A stretch of 64,000 nt of DNA, taken from NCBI GenBank assembly GCA_938028625.1, contig CALIZB010000045.1, positions 192 to 64,191 on the forward strand. The letters run 5' to 3'. The position numbers were made by a program, and so were the translations under genes. Numbering within the stretch: the first letter of the stretch is position 1; each line of letters opens with the position of its first letter. Of the stretch, positions 51,140 to 61,573 are shown piece by piece. Below the pieces are notes generated by a model that was given only the letters and a program-made list of their open reading frames with translations, was not told the DNA's origin and ran no database searches. The DNA comes from an uncultured Bacteroidia bacterium (lineage in GTDB: Bacteria > Bacteroidota > Bacteroidia > JANWVE01).

Positions 51140-52471
51140 GTGATGATTACAATAGTAGGTGCAGGATTAGCAGGTTCTTTGATGGCTGTTTATCTTGCAA
51201 AAAAAGGATATGCCGTACAAATTTATGAACGCCGCCCAGACATGCGCATCAATAACTGGGAACGCGGACGTTCTATCAATTTAGCCATTTCTCAAAGAGG
51301 TATTCATGCGCTGGAACAAGTAAACCTGTGGCAAGATATACTTAAAATTGCTATTCCTATGCGAGGGCGCATGATACATGATAGACAACAAAACCTTACT
51401 TTTCAACCGTATGGCATACATGAACACGAAGTTATTTATTCCGTTTCCCGTTCTGCACTAAATATCGCACTTATGAACGCCGCAGAACAACTCGGAGTAA
51501 GTATGCATTTCAATCACCGCTGTATTAACGTAGAAAAACACGAAAATCACGTAAATCTGTACTTTTGGCACGAAATAGAAAATAAAGAAATTATTCATAC
51601 CGCAAACACTGTCATTGGGGCTGACGGTGCATTCTCTGCTATAAGACAAAACACCTTCAAATTAGAACGCTTTACCTATTCTCAAACTTTCTTGGACTGG
51701 GGTTACAAAGAACTCACTATTCCCGCAGGTGAGAATGGTAGTTTTCAGATAGAAAAAAACGCTCTCCATATATGGCCCCGCCATGATTACATGCTTATTG
51801 CTCTGCCTAATACTGACGGTTCTTTTACTTGTACCTTGTTTTTGCCTTTTGAAGGTGAAATCAGTTTTGAAAATATAGCCACTGATGACCAGATAAACGC
51901 TTTTTTTGAACAAAACTTCCCTGATGCCAAAGCCCTCATGCCAAATTTGATACAAGAGTATAAAGCTAATCCTGTATCTACATTAGTTTATATACAATGT
52001 TCTCCTTGGTATTACAAAGATAAAATTGCCCTCATAGGTGATGCCTGCCATGCCGTAGTACCTTTTTACGGACAAGGCGCCAATGCGTCTTTTGAAGACT
52101 GTTTCGTACTACAGTCCATTATTGATAAGTATCCCAATCAGTGGGGTAGAATATTTGAAGAGTACCACAAAGCCCGCAAAATAAACGCTGATGCTATATG
52201 TCAGCTCGCTTTACAGAACTTTGTAGAAATGCAATCCAAAGTGGCAGATAAAAAATTCCTGCTCCGCAAACAAATTGAACAAAAACTCTACGAAAAACAC
52301 GGTAAAAAATTCACCCCGCAGTATAATCTTGTTACTCATACGAATATCCCTTATTCCGAAGCCCTGCGCATAGGAAAATTACAGGACGGTTTTTTACAGG
52401 AACTCGCAAACCGCATCAATGACATCTCAGAATTAGACTTTGATAAAATACAAATTCCTCAATTTGAATAA
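51140..52471 (+). CDS. kmo: Kynurenine 3-monooxygenase
   Basis: GAGLAG, 'GRSINLAISQRG', 'GYKELTIP', 'ALHIWPR', 'GDACHAVVPFYGQGAN..FED'. Confidence 0.92.
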   Translation: MMITIVGAGLAGSLMAVYLAKKGYAVQIYERRPDMRINNWERGRSINLAISQRGIHALEQVNLWQDILKIAIPMRGRMIHDRQQNLTFQPYGIHEHEVIYSVSRSALNIALMNAAEQLGVSMHFNHRCINVEKHENHVNLYFWHEIENKEIIHTANTVIGADGAFSAIRQNTFKLERFTYSQTFLDWGYKELTIPAGENGSFQIEKNALHIWPRHDYMLIALPNTDGSFTCTLFLPFEGEISFENIATDDQINAFFEQNFPDAKALMPNLIQEYKANPVSTLVYIQCSPWYYKDKIALIGDACHAVVPFYGQGANASFEDCFVLQSIIDKYPNQWGRIFEEYHKARKINADAICQLALQNFVEMQSKVADKKFLLRKQIEQKLYEKHGKKFTPQYNLVTHTNIPYSEALRIGKLQDGFLQELANRINDISELDFDKIQIPQFE

Positions 52472-52477
52472 CAAACT

Positions 52478-52909
52478 ATGATACAGGAAATTTCATCAGA
52501 ACAAACGTATCCTTTACGGTCAGAAATTTTGAGATGGGGACAAGTCCCCCCTGAAAAATGTGGTAACCCCGAAGATATTCTGGACGGCAGTTTTCACCTT
52601 GGATATTTTGAAAATAACAAACTTGTCGGTATTGCATCTTTTCACATTGAACCTATGCCCGATAACCCAAATAAAGCTTATCGCTTGCGTGGTATGGCTG
52701 TGGCTAAATCACATCAAAATAAGGGTATCGGTAAAAAACTTGTACAATATGCCATTGAATTACTCAAAAATAAAAACGTTGAATACTTATGGTGCAATGC
52801 TCGCACTTCTGCTAAATATTTCTATGAGAAAATGAACTTTGAAACCTTCTCCGAAGAATTTGAAATTCCTAACATAGGACCTCATTACCGTATGCGTATT
52901 AAACTTTGA
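52478..52909 (+). CDS. GNAT family N-acetyltransferase
   Basis: 'RLRGMAV...QNKGIG', 'WCNAR..A..FYEK', 'IGPH'. Confidence 0.9.
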   Translation: MIQEISSEQTYPLRSEILRWGQVPPEKCGNPEDILDGSFHLGYFENNKLVGIASFHIEPMPDNPNKAYRLRGMAVAKSHQNKGIGKKLVQYAIELLKNKNVEYLWCNARTSAKYFYEKMNFETFSEEFEIPNIGPHYRMRIKL

Positions 52910-52912
52910 ATT

Positions 52913-54175
52913 ATGGAAAAACGAACTTTCTTACAGACTTTACTTACAATGGGACTTTCTACTGCCTTTTGGCAAGAATTATCTGCACTTGATGTCAGTT
53001 CTGAATATAAAATTCTTTCAGATATCCAAGATGATGAAAAATTTTGGAAGCATATCCGAAGTTTGTATATGCTCAAAGAGGAGTATATTAACCTTGAAAA
53101 TGGTTGGTATAATTTTTTACCTAAACCTATTCTCAAAGCCTATTTTGAACAAGTAGAAAAACTCAACCGTGAAGCCACATACTATATGCGCACACGCCTG
53201 TTTGATGATAACATTGAAATCCGCAAGCAATTAGCGCAGGTTGTAGGATGCCGTTATGAGGAATTAGTGATTACAAGAAATACCACAGAGTCCATAGATA
53301 CTATTATCATAGGTACAGACTGGAAACCAGGTGATGAAGTAATATTTAATGCACAGGAATATCCTGCCATGATAGATATGTTCAAGATACAAGCACGCAG
53401 ATATGGCATTGTCAATAAAATAATATCTATTCCCAATAATCCCAAGAGTGATGAGGAAATTGTAGAAATATACCGAAAAGCAATAACTCCTAAAACAAAA
53501 ATGATACTCATCAGCCATATGATTAACATTACAGGACAAATTCTACCTGTAAAAAAAATATGCGACATGGCACGTGAAAAAGGTATTTTTACCATAGTTG
53601 ACGGCGCACATGCTATTGCACACATAGATTTCAAAATATCTGACCTTAATTGTGATGTGTATGCATCCAGTTTGCATAAATGGCTATCCGTTCCATTAGG
53701 AGCAGGTTTGCTTTATGTACGTAAAGATAAAATTAAAGATATATGGTGTTTATTTGGTGAAACAGGCTATCCTGATGATGATATTCGTAAGTTAAACCAT
53801 ACAGGTACGCACCCTGCACATACTGTCCTGACCATTCCCGCATCTATTGAGTTTTATCAAAACATAGGTGCAAAACGCAAAGAAAACCGCCTGCGCTACA
53901 TACAGGAATATTGGACACAAAAAGTAAGAAATCTACCCAATGTAATACTCAACACTCCTGAACAAAGTGAACGTGCCTGTGGCATTGCAAACGTGGGTAT
54001 AAAACACATCAAACCTGCTGACCTTGCCAAAATCCTGTTAGAAAAATACAAAATATGGACAGTTGCCATTGAACACCCCGAAGTACAAGGCGTAAGAATT
54101 ACGCCTAATGTATTTACTACTACACAAGAATTAGATAGATTAGTGCAGGCTGTTATAGAGTTGAGCAAAACATAA
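52913..54175 (+). CDS. Class V PLP-dependent enzyme (isopenicillin-N-epimerase/SufS-like) with a Tat-like leader
   Basis: 'TRNTTE', 'VDGAHA', 'SLHKWL'; N-terminus 'KRTFL'. Confidence 0.85.
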   Translation: MEKRTFLQTLLTMGLSTAFWQELSALDVSSEYKILSDIQDDEKFWKHIRSLYMLKEEYINLENGWYNFLPKPILKAYFEQVEKLNREATYYMRTRLFDDNIEIRKQLAQVVGCRYEELVITRNTTESIDTIIIGTDWKPGDEVIFNAQEYPAMIDMFKIQARRYGIVNKIISIPNNPKSDEEIVEIYRKAITPKTKMILISHMINITGQILPVKKICDMAREKGIFTIVDGAHAIAHIDFKISDLNCDVYASSLHKWLSVPLGAGLLYVRKDKIKDIWCLFGETGYPDDDIRKLNHTGTHPAHTVLTIPASIEFYQNIGAKRKENRLRYIQEYWTQKVRNLPNVILNTPEQSERACGIANVGIKHIKPADLAKILLEKYKIWTVAIEHPEVQGVRITPNVFTTTQELDRLVQAVIELSKT

Positions 54176-54303
54176 AACAAGAAAATGATTTATCTACTCT
54201 TTAATCTCTGATTTTTTCAGAACTATTCATAACAAGTCTAATTTGTCCGCGTAAAGAAAATTTGTGAAAACTCCATAAATACATACGATAAAAACAAAAC
54301 ATC

Positions 54304-55083
54304 TCATACCGCCACAGGCGCTTTAATAGCTGGGTGATACTGATAGTTATGCAAGATAATATCGGAGTAGGTAAAATCAAAAATGTTTTTGACTTCGGGA
54401 TTTAATTCTATTTTGGGTAATGGATAAGGTTCTCTACTTAATTGCAAGTTTACCTGTTCCAGATGATTCTGATAAATATGAGTATCGCCTCCTGTCCAGA
54501 TAAATTCATGTGGAATTTTATCTGTTACCTGCGCTACCATCATTAAAAGCAACGCATAAGAAGCAATGTTAAAAGGTAAACCTAAAAAAACATCACAACT
54601 TCGCTGATATAACTGCAAACTTAATTTATCTCCTTGACAATAAAACTGAAATAGAATATGACAAGGAGGTAATTTCATTTTTGGAATTTCAGCAACATTC
54701 CAAGCACTAACTATCATTCTTCGGCTATCAGGATTTTTTTTGATAGTGTCTATTACTTCCTGAATTTGATTATGTCCGTTCCAATCAACCCACTGTTTGC
54801 CATATACAGGACCTAAATCTCCGTTTTCATCTGCCCATTCGTCCCATATCGTAACACCGTTTTCTTGCAAGTATTTTACATTAGTATCTCCCTTTAAAAA
54901 CCATAAAAGTTCATATACTACGGATTTGAAATGCACTTTTTTGGTAGTAATTAACGGAAATCCTTCATCAAGATTAAAACGTAGCTGTCTGCCAAATACA
55001 GAATATGTACCTGTACCTGTTCTGTCTTGTTTGAAAGTGCCGTTTTGTAAAATATCCCGCAGTAGGTCATGATAAACGTTCAT
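54304..55083 (-). CDS. thyA: Thymidylate synthase
   Basis: 'DRTGTGT', 'ELLWFL.G', 'LGPVYGKQW', 'LPPCH', 'YQRSCD.FLGLPFN', 'IKAPVAV'. Confidence 0.97.
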   Translation of the reverse strand: MNVYHDLLRDILQNGTFKQDRTGTGTYSVFGRQLRFNLDEGFPLITTKKVHFKSVVYELLWFLKGDTNVKYLQENGVTIWDEWADENGDLGPVYGKQWVDWNGHNQIQEVIDTIKKNPDSRRMIVSAWNVAEIPKMKLPPCHILFQFYCQGDKLSLQLYQRSCDVFLGLPFNIASYALLLMMVAQVTDKIPHEFIWTGGDTHIYQNHLEQVNLQLSREPYPLPKIELNPEVKNIFDFTYSDIILHNYQYHPAIKAPVAV

Positions 55084-55256
55084 GGTTGCGAAGATACGAA
55101 TTAAATAAAGCAAAAAGAAAGGATCTTTTCATAATTTTTAGCTGTGCTTTTTTAGAACAGTATCTCAAGAAAATATGACCCAACTCTGTAAATCTACAAA
55201 AAATTATGGTATAATATCAAAATAGACGTACTCAGGATATACTCGCAAAATGATGC

Positions 55257-56162
55257 CTAACTGAGTTTTTTGGCTACCTGTTCAGGTGAAGGAATATGAA
55301 AAGTACTCCATTTGTGCAATATAACATTATCCTTTACTAGTACACAACTCGGAAAAGAGCGTATCATTGTTTTGAGCAGGTCTTTATCCGTGCTGTAAAT
55401 AGGAAAATGCGGTTTTTTGACTTCATTAAAAAACTTAATATCCGATTTTACTTCGCCAGATAAACCAATAACTGTGTAAGGTGCTTGTTCTTGTAAAGCT
55501 AATTTTTCTAAACTATTCCACTGTGGAATAGGCTTTTTTACATCAAGAATAATAATGAGATACGTCCCTTTGGATAAATCTTTTTCTATACCCGTAATAG
55601 GAAAAGGATTACCATTTTTATATTCATGAAATTCTATTAAGGGTATGTTTCTGTACGAATAAATAGTTATCCAACCACTGATAACCGTGAACAGCGCTAC
55701 GGTAAGATTTACCCATACTTCATTTTTGAGGTAAGGTAAAATTTCTTTACGTTGTCTAAATATCACACTGATAAAAACCATTAAAATAATATCTTTGATA
55801 AAAGATTGTTTTGGAGTAAATTTTATAGCTTCTCCAAAACAACCACAACTTTTTACCGCACCTGTAAGGGCAGAATATCCTGTAAGAAAAGTAAAATACA
55901 ACATCATCAGTAAGGCTATCCATGCTGTAATACGCATCTTAAAACCTACCAACATAGCCGCACCTACGGCAATTTCTAATACAGAAATAAACATGGCTAA
56001 ACCTACAGAATACGCATCTAAAAAAGGTAAATGAAATACCTTATGAAAATACTCATCTAATTTTCGGCTAAATGCCACAGGGTCTACTACTTTTACAAAA
56101 CCTGATATAATGAACCATATTCCACATATCCATAAACTTAACCATGTAAAAACTGTACGCAT
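55257..56162 (-). CDS. DoxX/MauE-like membrane protein (BT_3928-like)
   Basis: 'FIISGFVKVVDP', 'SCGCFGEA', 'SFIKD'. Confidence 0.8.
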   Translation of the reverse strand: MRTVFTWLSLWICGIWFIISGFVKVVDPVAFSRKLDEYFHKVFHLPFLDAYSVGLAMFISVLEIAVGAAMLVGFKMRITAWIALLMMLYFTFLTGYSALTGAVKSCGCFGEAIKFTPKQSFIKDIILMVFISVIFRQRKEILPYLKNEVWVNLTVALFTVISGWITIYSYRNIPLIEFHEYKNGNPFPITGIEKDLSKGTYLIIILDVKKPIPQWNSLEKLALQEQAPYTVIGLSGEVKSDIKFFNEVKKPHFPIYSTDKDLLKTMIRSFPSCVLVKDNVILHKWSTFHIPSPEQVAKKLS

Positions 56163-56250
56163 AGCGGCAAAAATATAACTCTCATACCAAAATTCAAAAT
56201 ACGTACTTATACGGATAGACTGCCATTTTACTTTGTTTTACTTTTGTAAC

Positions 56251-57192
56251 ATGAAAACAGCATACATTATTTTATCATATTTTGTTTGTGCACTAGTTTT
56301 TGCACAGTATGAAGGTCAGCCTACCTTAAATCTTGGCTACGGATTTTCAGGAGGACGCTTTGACAATGGTATATTCAAAGCCCGATATAATACTGACCAA
56401 GGAAAAGCAGAAATAAATAAGGTCACAGATGAAAATAAGTATCAAACTAATTTGTACCCCATAGAAATTGAAATTCTAACAAAAAACATCTTATTCAGAA
56501 CAGGATATTGGATACCCGGGAGTGAAGAAAATAACTATTATTCCAAAGCCTACGTAGTACCAGCCTATCAATTAGAGATGGCTTTTGGCGGGTATGCGGG
56601 ACGTTTTGGCTTATTTGGAGGCTTTCATTACTTTGGAACAGTTATGAAAGGTACTGTAAAAACTGACAATTCTCTATGGAAAAACTATGGTGCTACTTTA
56701 CCTACAGCTATAACCTCTCCTGTACAAATACGCCCACAAGATACCGCATTCAAGTACTATTATGTCAGTAAAATGGGCTGGAACGAACAAGGATTAAATG
56801 CACATCTTTGTATTGGGAAAAAAAGGCTTAAAAAATTCAGTTATTACATAAATCTTACTTCCACCAGTGCCAATTTTATGGACGTAAAGCAAAAAGCACG
56901 CGGCATAGGACATGTGTTTGAGTTCAGCACTATTATTCCGTTTAATAAAAACAAAGACTGGGGACTATTCTACCGCTTTGGTGTAAGAGTAAATGAAACT
57001 AAACAACTTGTCATAGACCAAAGCTACTTTCCTGCTACACGTGTAACTCAAACCTATTTTATGGTAGGCTTATTTTTACCTGCTACTATACTTACTGTTT
57101 GTACAGAAGAAAGCGGTAGTAGTAGCAACAGAGATAACCCCTTAAAAAGATGGGGAGAAATGTGGTATGATTATAGTAAAAATAGAAGATAA
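56251..57192 (+). CDS. Exported hypothetical protein, possibly an outer-membrane beta-barrel
   Basis: Signal peptide; amphipathic aromatic-rich strands. Confidence 0.55.
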   Translation: MKTAYIILSYFVCALVFAQYEGQPTLNLGYGFSGGRFDNGIFKARYNTDQGKAEINKVTDENKYQTNLYPIEIEILTKNILFRTGYWIPGSEENNYYSKAYVVPAYQLEMAFGGYAGRFGLFGGFHYFGTVMKGTVKTDNSLWKNYGATLPTAITSPVQIRPQDTAFKYYYVSKMGWNEQGLNAHLCIGKKRLKKFSYYINLTSTSANFMDVKQKARGIGHVFEFSTIIPFNKNKDWGLFYRFGVRVNETKQLVIDQSYFPATRVTQTYFMVGLFLPATILTVCTEESGSSSNRDNPLKRWGEMWYDYSKNRR

Positions 57193-57245
57193 AAATATAT
57201 TACCATAACATCAAATTCAGTGTGCTAATAAGTATATATTGAAAT

Positions 57246-58295
57246 ATGAAAACATATAACATCAAACCTAGTAAATTGATAGCCGTTTTTATTCTTTACA
57301 TAGTTGTTCAAAATGTTAGTGTATTGAATATTTTTGGACAAAATCCTCATATCAATGCAATTAAACATGTGAGAATCAGCCCCACAGGAAAATATGCTAT
57401 TTCTACATCAGATAATATACTGTGTATATGGTCATTAACGGAGAAAAAACTACTACATACCTTACAAGAATATACCGTAGATGTAGCCTTTATTACTGAT
57501 GAAACCTTCTATAAAGTAGAATATCAAAACAAAAAATGTATAGTCTCTTTGTATAATACTGTTTCAGGTAAAAAAGAAAAAACAGTCTTTGAAAAAGAAA
57601 ATATACTAAATGTTGTGTTATCTCCTAAAGGCAACTTCTTAGCAGGCAGACTTAATGGGACACATTTATATGTAGTAAACTTAAAGACAAATCAAGAAAT
57701 AGAAAAATTTACGACCTATCCCAGCATGGCAACTTCCACAAATTTATTATTTACTTATGATGAGAAGTATCTTTATCAGGTTTCAAACCTTAAAGTATTT
57801 AGCCGTTATATCGTTGAAACAGGAAAAAAAGATTGGGAAGTCATTAAGGAATTTAATGATAAACTGATGATTAAAACAATTGCTCATATTCAGAATAAGT
57901 GTCTGATAGCAGGAGATTTTACGATTACTTTTGATGATAATCAAGCAAAAAACTTTTACTTTTTTGGTGAAAACAAATATGAGATTTATAGTTGGCGAGA
58001 TACAAAATATACACCGTATAAGTGCATAACTAATCCTGTAACGCAAAATGAGGTTATAATGGCTTGTTCTAATAATGAAGTGGTGTTTACTTCTGGTGTG
58101 AGCAACGATATAACTCTCCAAAAACCTAAAATTAAAACAAAAAACTTTTTGAGAGATATAGACATATCTCAAAATGGGCAATTTTTAATAGTAAGCTCTT
58201 CTAGTGGTTATGTTCAAACCAAACCCGGTGAAAAAGGGTATGCAAAAATAGAAATATACGACTGGATAGATAAAAAGAAAATTATAGAATTCTGA
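57246..58295 (+). CDS. WD40-like beta-propeller protein
   Basis: 'ISPTGKYAIS', 'LSPKGNFLA', 'FTYDEKYL', 'ISQNGQFLI'. Confidence 0.75.
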   Translation: MKTYNIKPSKLIAVFILYIVVQNVSVLNIFGQNPHINAIKHVRISPTGKYAISTSDNILCIWSLTEKKLLHTLQEYTVDVAFITDETFYKVEYQNKKCIVSLYNTVSGKKEKTVFEKENILNVVLSPKGNFLAGRLNGTHLYVVNLKTNQEIEKFTTYPSMATSTNLLFTYDEKYLYQVSNLKVFSRYIVETGKKDWEVIKEFNDKLMIKTIAHIQNKCLIAGDFTITFDDNQAKNFYFFGENKYEIYSWRDTKYTPYKCITNPVTQNEVIMACSNNEVVFTSGVSNDITLQKPKIKTKNFLRDIDISQNGQFLIVSSSSGYVQTKPGEKGYAKIEIYDWIDKKKIIEF

Positions 58296-58381
58296 TACAC
58301 AAATTTAAGTATAGCAATAAAAACTTCAATATTTGCGTACACAGCAATATAAAAAAACCTATTTATGTTTCTCTTTAATAA

Positions 58382-58415
58382 GCCCGAACATCAAAACTCG
58401 GGCATTATTTTTTTT
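58382..58415 (+). terminator. Probable intrinsic terminator
   Basis: GCCCGA-acatcaaaac-TCGGGC then ATTA and T8. Confidence 0.6.
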
Positions 58416-58506
58416 ATAATACCCTCCTGAATTCAAATTGAGGGGTTAGCACTCTAACTTTTAGATTTTCACGGTTATATTTTTGTAACATAATCTTAAC
58501 CTGAAT

Positions 58507-59784
58507 ATGAAAAGATATACTTTTACTTTATTTACTATAATGTTATTCTGTGTTGTTTCTGCCACAGCACAAAGCCAGTTTATTTATTATTATCCTTTGA
58601 ACAACAATGCCAACAACAATCCTTTTAATGCTAACGTGAACTCTTTTCTTAATACTACTGACGCCACCAATGGTACACCTGTGGGCTGTTATAATGCAGA
58701 TATATCTGCCCAGAATAACAATGGCACTTGGGTGGTAAGTTCAGGCAACCGTTCTCCAAAATGGACAAACAGTGGTACTACATTCAGTATGTTGCTGGAA
58801 ACCGACTGGGCTAATGCTTCCAATGCAAGCCGTATCAATCTGACAATTACCTTTAAGCAAGGGGTTAATCCTGTAAATGTATCAGGAGTAACTTTTAACA
58901 TATATGACATCAATTCAGCGATATGCGGTACTACTACGGGTATTTTTATAGACTCTGTTTCTGTGAGAGGACGCAATACTGCCAGTGTATACCAAAACAT
59001 GACGTTAAGCAGTGTTAATTCTTGTATTACAGCAACAGGAAGCGGTACTTCCACGACTACTTTCAGAGGAGGAGCATCCTGCGGTGCCAACGCACTTTCT
59101 GCTACGGTTACATTTTCAGCACCTATCAGTACATTAGAAATTACTTATGCTTCGGGCAGAGGCTATCCTGCTAATGTAACTCTACCCTGTGCTTCTCCGT
59201 TTCCGCTTACTAGCTCTCAAGATACCCGTGTGCAACACATTATTATATCACCTATCAATCTTGGAGGATGTCCTCCTTTACCTTTACATGACTTTTCCCT
59301 CAAAGCCCTGTCCGACAACAATAAAACTGTTTTACAATGGAATACCAATTATTTTGATACAGAATCTGATTATATCATTGAAAAAAGCATAAATGGTGTA
59401 GATTTTTACAAAATCACTGATATTACTTCCTATACAGGAACTTATTATGACCATGATATATTCGGACAGTCTACTTTATATTACCGGATAGCAAAAACTT
59501 CCAAAGATGGGCAGGTATTTTATTCCAGTATTGAACAAATAACCTTAAAAAATGAACCATTTTTCACTGTTTTTCCTAATCCTGCACAAAACATTATACA
59601 CATACAGACAAACAGCACTTATTATATGAATACTCCAATCTACATATTTGATTATACAGGCAAAAAAGTAACTGAAATTATGCTCTCTTCTACTACCACA
59701 GAAATAGATATAAGTATATTATCACAAGGACTTTATTTCATACGTTCTACTGACGGACAAGTACGTTCATTTGTCAAAAAATAA
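58507..59784 (+). CDS. T9SS type-A cargo protein
   Basis: Signal peptide; 'PLPL' Ig-like domain; CTD 'VFPNPA...LSQGLYFI...FVKK'. TATTTTTG element upstream. Confidence 0.85.
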   Translation: MKRYTFTLFTIMLFCVVSATAQSQFIYYYPLNNNANNNPFNANVNSFLNTTDATNGTPVGCYNADISAQNNNGTWVVSSGNRSPKWTNSGTTFSMLLETDWANASNASRINLTITFKQGVNPVNVSGVTFNIYDINSAICGTTTGIFIDSVSVRGRNTASVYQNMTLSSVNSCITATGSGTSTTTFRGGASCGANALSATVTFSAPISTLEITYASGRGYPANVTLPCASPFPLTSSQDTRVQHIIISPINLGGCPPLPLHDFSLKALSDNNKTVLQWNTNYFDTESDYIIEKSINGVDFYKITDITSYTGTYYDHDIFGQSTLYYRIAKTSKDGQVFYSSIEQITLKNEPFFTVFPNPAQNIIHIQTNSTYYMNTPIYIFDYTGKKVTEIMLSSTTTEIDISILSQGLYFIRSTDGQVRSFVKK

Positions 59785-59847
59785 ACCCAAAAAACCATAA
59801 GCTCTGTGATGTGATACTTTTTTATACTTTTGCAGGGTTTTACTTCC

Positions 59848-60819
59848 ATGCAAGAGATAATTATCAGCAGAACAGACGCTATCGGAGATGTGGTTTTAAC
59901 CCTACCCTTGTGCGGCATACTCAAAAAACATTTTCCTGATACGAAAATTACTTTTCTTGGACAATCTTACACACAACCTGTTATAGCAACTTGTCAACAT
60001 GTAGATACTTTTCTTGATGTAAAAACCTTACCAAGCTATATTCCCAAAGTTGATATTATTATTCATGTTTTCCCGCAAAAACATATTCTCAAATGGGCAT
60101 ATCAGCATAAAATTCCTGTACGTATATGTACATATAGCCGCTTATATGCGTGGTTGTACGCTAATAGATTAGTATCTCTACACCGTAAAAATTCTGATTT
60201 GCATGAAGCCCAGCTTAATCTCAAACTTCTTAAACCATTGGGTATAAGTACAGAATACTCTTTGCAGGAAATCCGTCAGCATTATGGTATGACAAAAATA
60301 CCGCCTTTACCTTATTACATTCAGCAGTTAATTGACCCTAACAAACAAAATTGGATAATTCACCCTACTTCACAAGGTAGTGCAAGAGAATGGGGATTAC
60401 ATAAATACAAACAACTTATAGAACACCTCAATCCTGAACAATACAATATATTCATTACAGGTACAGAAAAAGACAAACTTTTTCTTAAAGAATGGATAAA
60501 AAATTTACCTCCGTATATCCATGACCTTACGGGCAAACTCTCTTTACAGGATTTAATTGCATTTATTAGCAAAATTGACGGTTTAGTTGCAGGCAGTACA
60601 GGACCTTTGCATATTGCTTCGGCATTAGGTAAAAAGGCTATTGGAATTTATCCTTCCATACGACCTATGCACCCTCAAAGATGGCAACCTGTGGGTACAC
60701 AGGCACAGTATGTAAGCATAGACAAAGACTGTACTGAATGTAAAAAAACACCCCAACATTGTGCTTGCTTGCAAAATATAAACTATACAACAGTACTCCA
60801 AAAAATGAACCTCTCTTGA
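59848..60819 (+). CDS. Glycosyltransferase family 9 (heptosyltransferase-like)
   Basis: 'SRTDAIGDVVLTLP', 'IHP', 'DLTGKLSL', 'STGPLHIASALG'. Confidence 0.9.
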   Translation: MQEIIISRTDAIGDVVLTLPLCGILKKHFPDTKITFLGQSYTQPVIATCQHVDTFLDVKTLPSYIPKVDIIIHVFPQKHILKWAYQHKIPVRICTYSRLYAWLYANRLVSLHRKNSDLHEAQLNLKLLKPLGISTEYSLQEIRQHYGMTKIPPLPYYIQQLIDPNKQNWIIHPTSQGSAREWGLHKYKQLIEHLNPEQYNIFITGTEKDKLFLKEWIKNLPPYIHDLTGKLSLQDLIAFISKIDGLVAGSTGPLHIASALGKKAIGIYPSIRPMHPQRWQPVGTQAQYVSIDKDCTECKKTPQHCACLQNINYTTVLQKMNLS

Positions 60820-60870
60820 TAAGTATGTAAATATGATTTTTGTACAGACGCTTTTCTTTATTTTTGCAAT

Positions 60871-61488
60871 ATGACCTACTTTATTGGTATTACGGGGGGC
60901 AGTGCATCAGGTAAAACGTATCTGCTCAATAGAATTCAGGAAGCTTTTACGGATAAAGAAATCAGCCTTATCTCGCAAGATAACTATTATTTTGAATATG
61001 AAAAACAAATTAAAGAACCCGACGGAAGTGTGAATTTTGACCACCCCCAATCCGTAGATTTATTAGCATTAGCCCATGATATAGAACTCCTTAAACAAGG
61101 TAAAACCATTTCACGTAAAGAATATACCTTTAATAATCGTGATAAGATACCAGCTATTATTACTGTTCAACCTTCACCTATTATTATTGTAGAAGGTTTA
61201 TTCATTTATTACCAGCCTGAAATAGCTCGTCAGATAGACCTTAAAATATTTATAGAATCTCATGAATATGTGCGTTTAACGCGCAGGATTATCCGTGACC
61301 AAAGAGAACGCGGTAGAACTTTGGAAGATGTTTTAGAAGAATATAACAAGTATGTTGCACCCATGTATAAACGCTATGTAGAACCTTTCCGCGATGATGC
61401 GGATATTATTATTCCTAACCATAAAAGCATGACCAAATCTGTGGATATGGTTATTTTATATCTCAAACACCTGCTCCAAAACGGATAA
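60871..61488 (+). CDS. udk: Uridine kinase
   Basis: 'GITGGSASGKT', 'QDNYY', 'NFDHP', 'IIVEG', 'RRIIRD..ERGR', 'ADIIIP'. Confidence 0.93.
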   Translation: MTYFIGITGGSASGKTYLLNRIQEAFTDKEISLISQDNYYFEYEKQIKEPDGSVNFDHPQSVDLLALAHDIELLKQGKTISRKEYTFNNRDKIPAIITVQPSPIIIVEGLFIYYQPEIARQIDLKIFIESHEYVRLTRRIIRDQRERGRTLEDVLEEYNKYVAPMYKRYVEPFRDDADIIIPNHKSMTKSVDMVILYLKHLLQNG

Positions 61489-61573
61489 AAACAATATTAG
61501 TGTTGAGTAAATTTTGTAATTTTTATATCGTATAAAGTTTTATCCTATCAAAATATACAGAATTAAAGTTCAA

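Noticed and set aside
58446..58472. CIRCE-like TTAGCACTC
   Set aside because: Only the left half is present. The position of GAGTGCTAA reads GATTTTCAC, and the downstream gene is not a chaperone.
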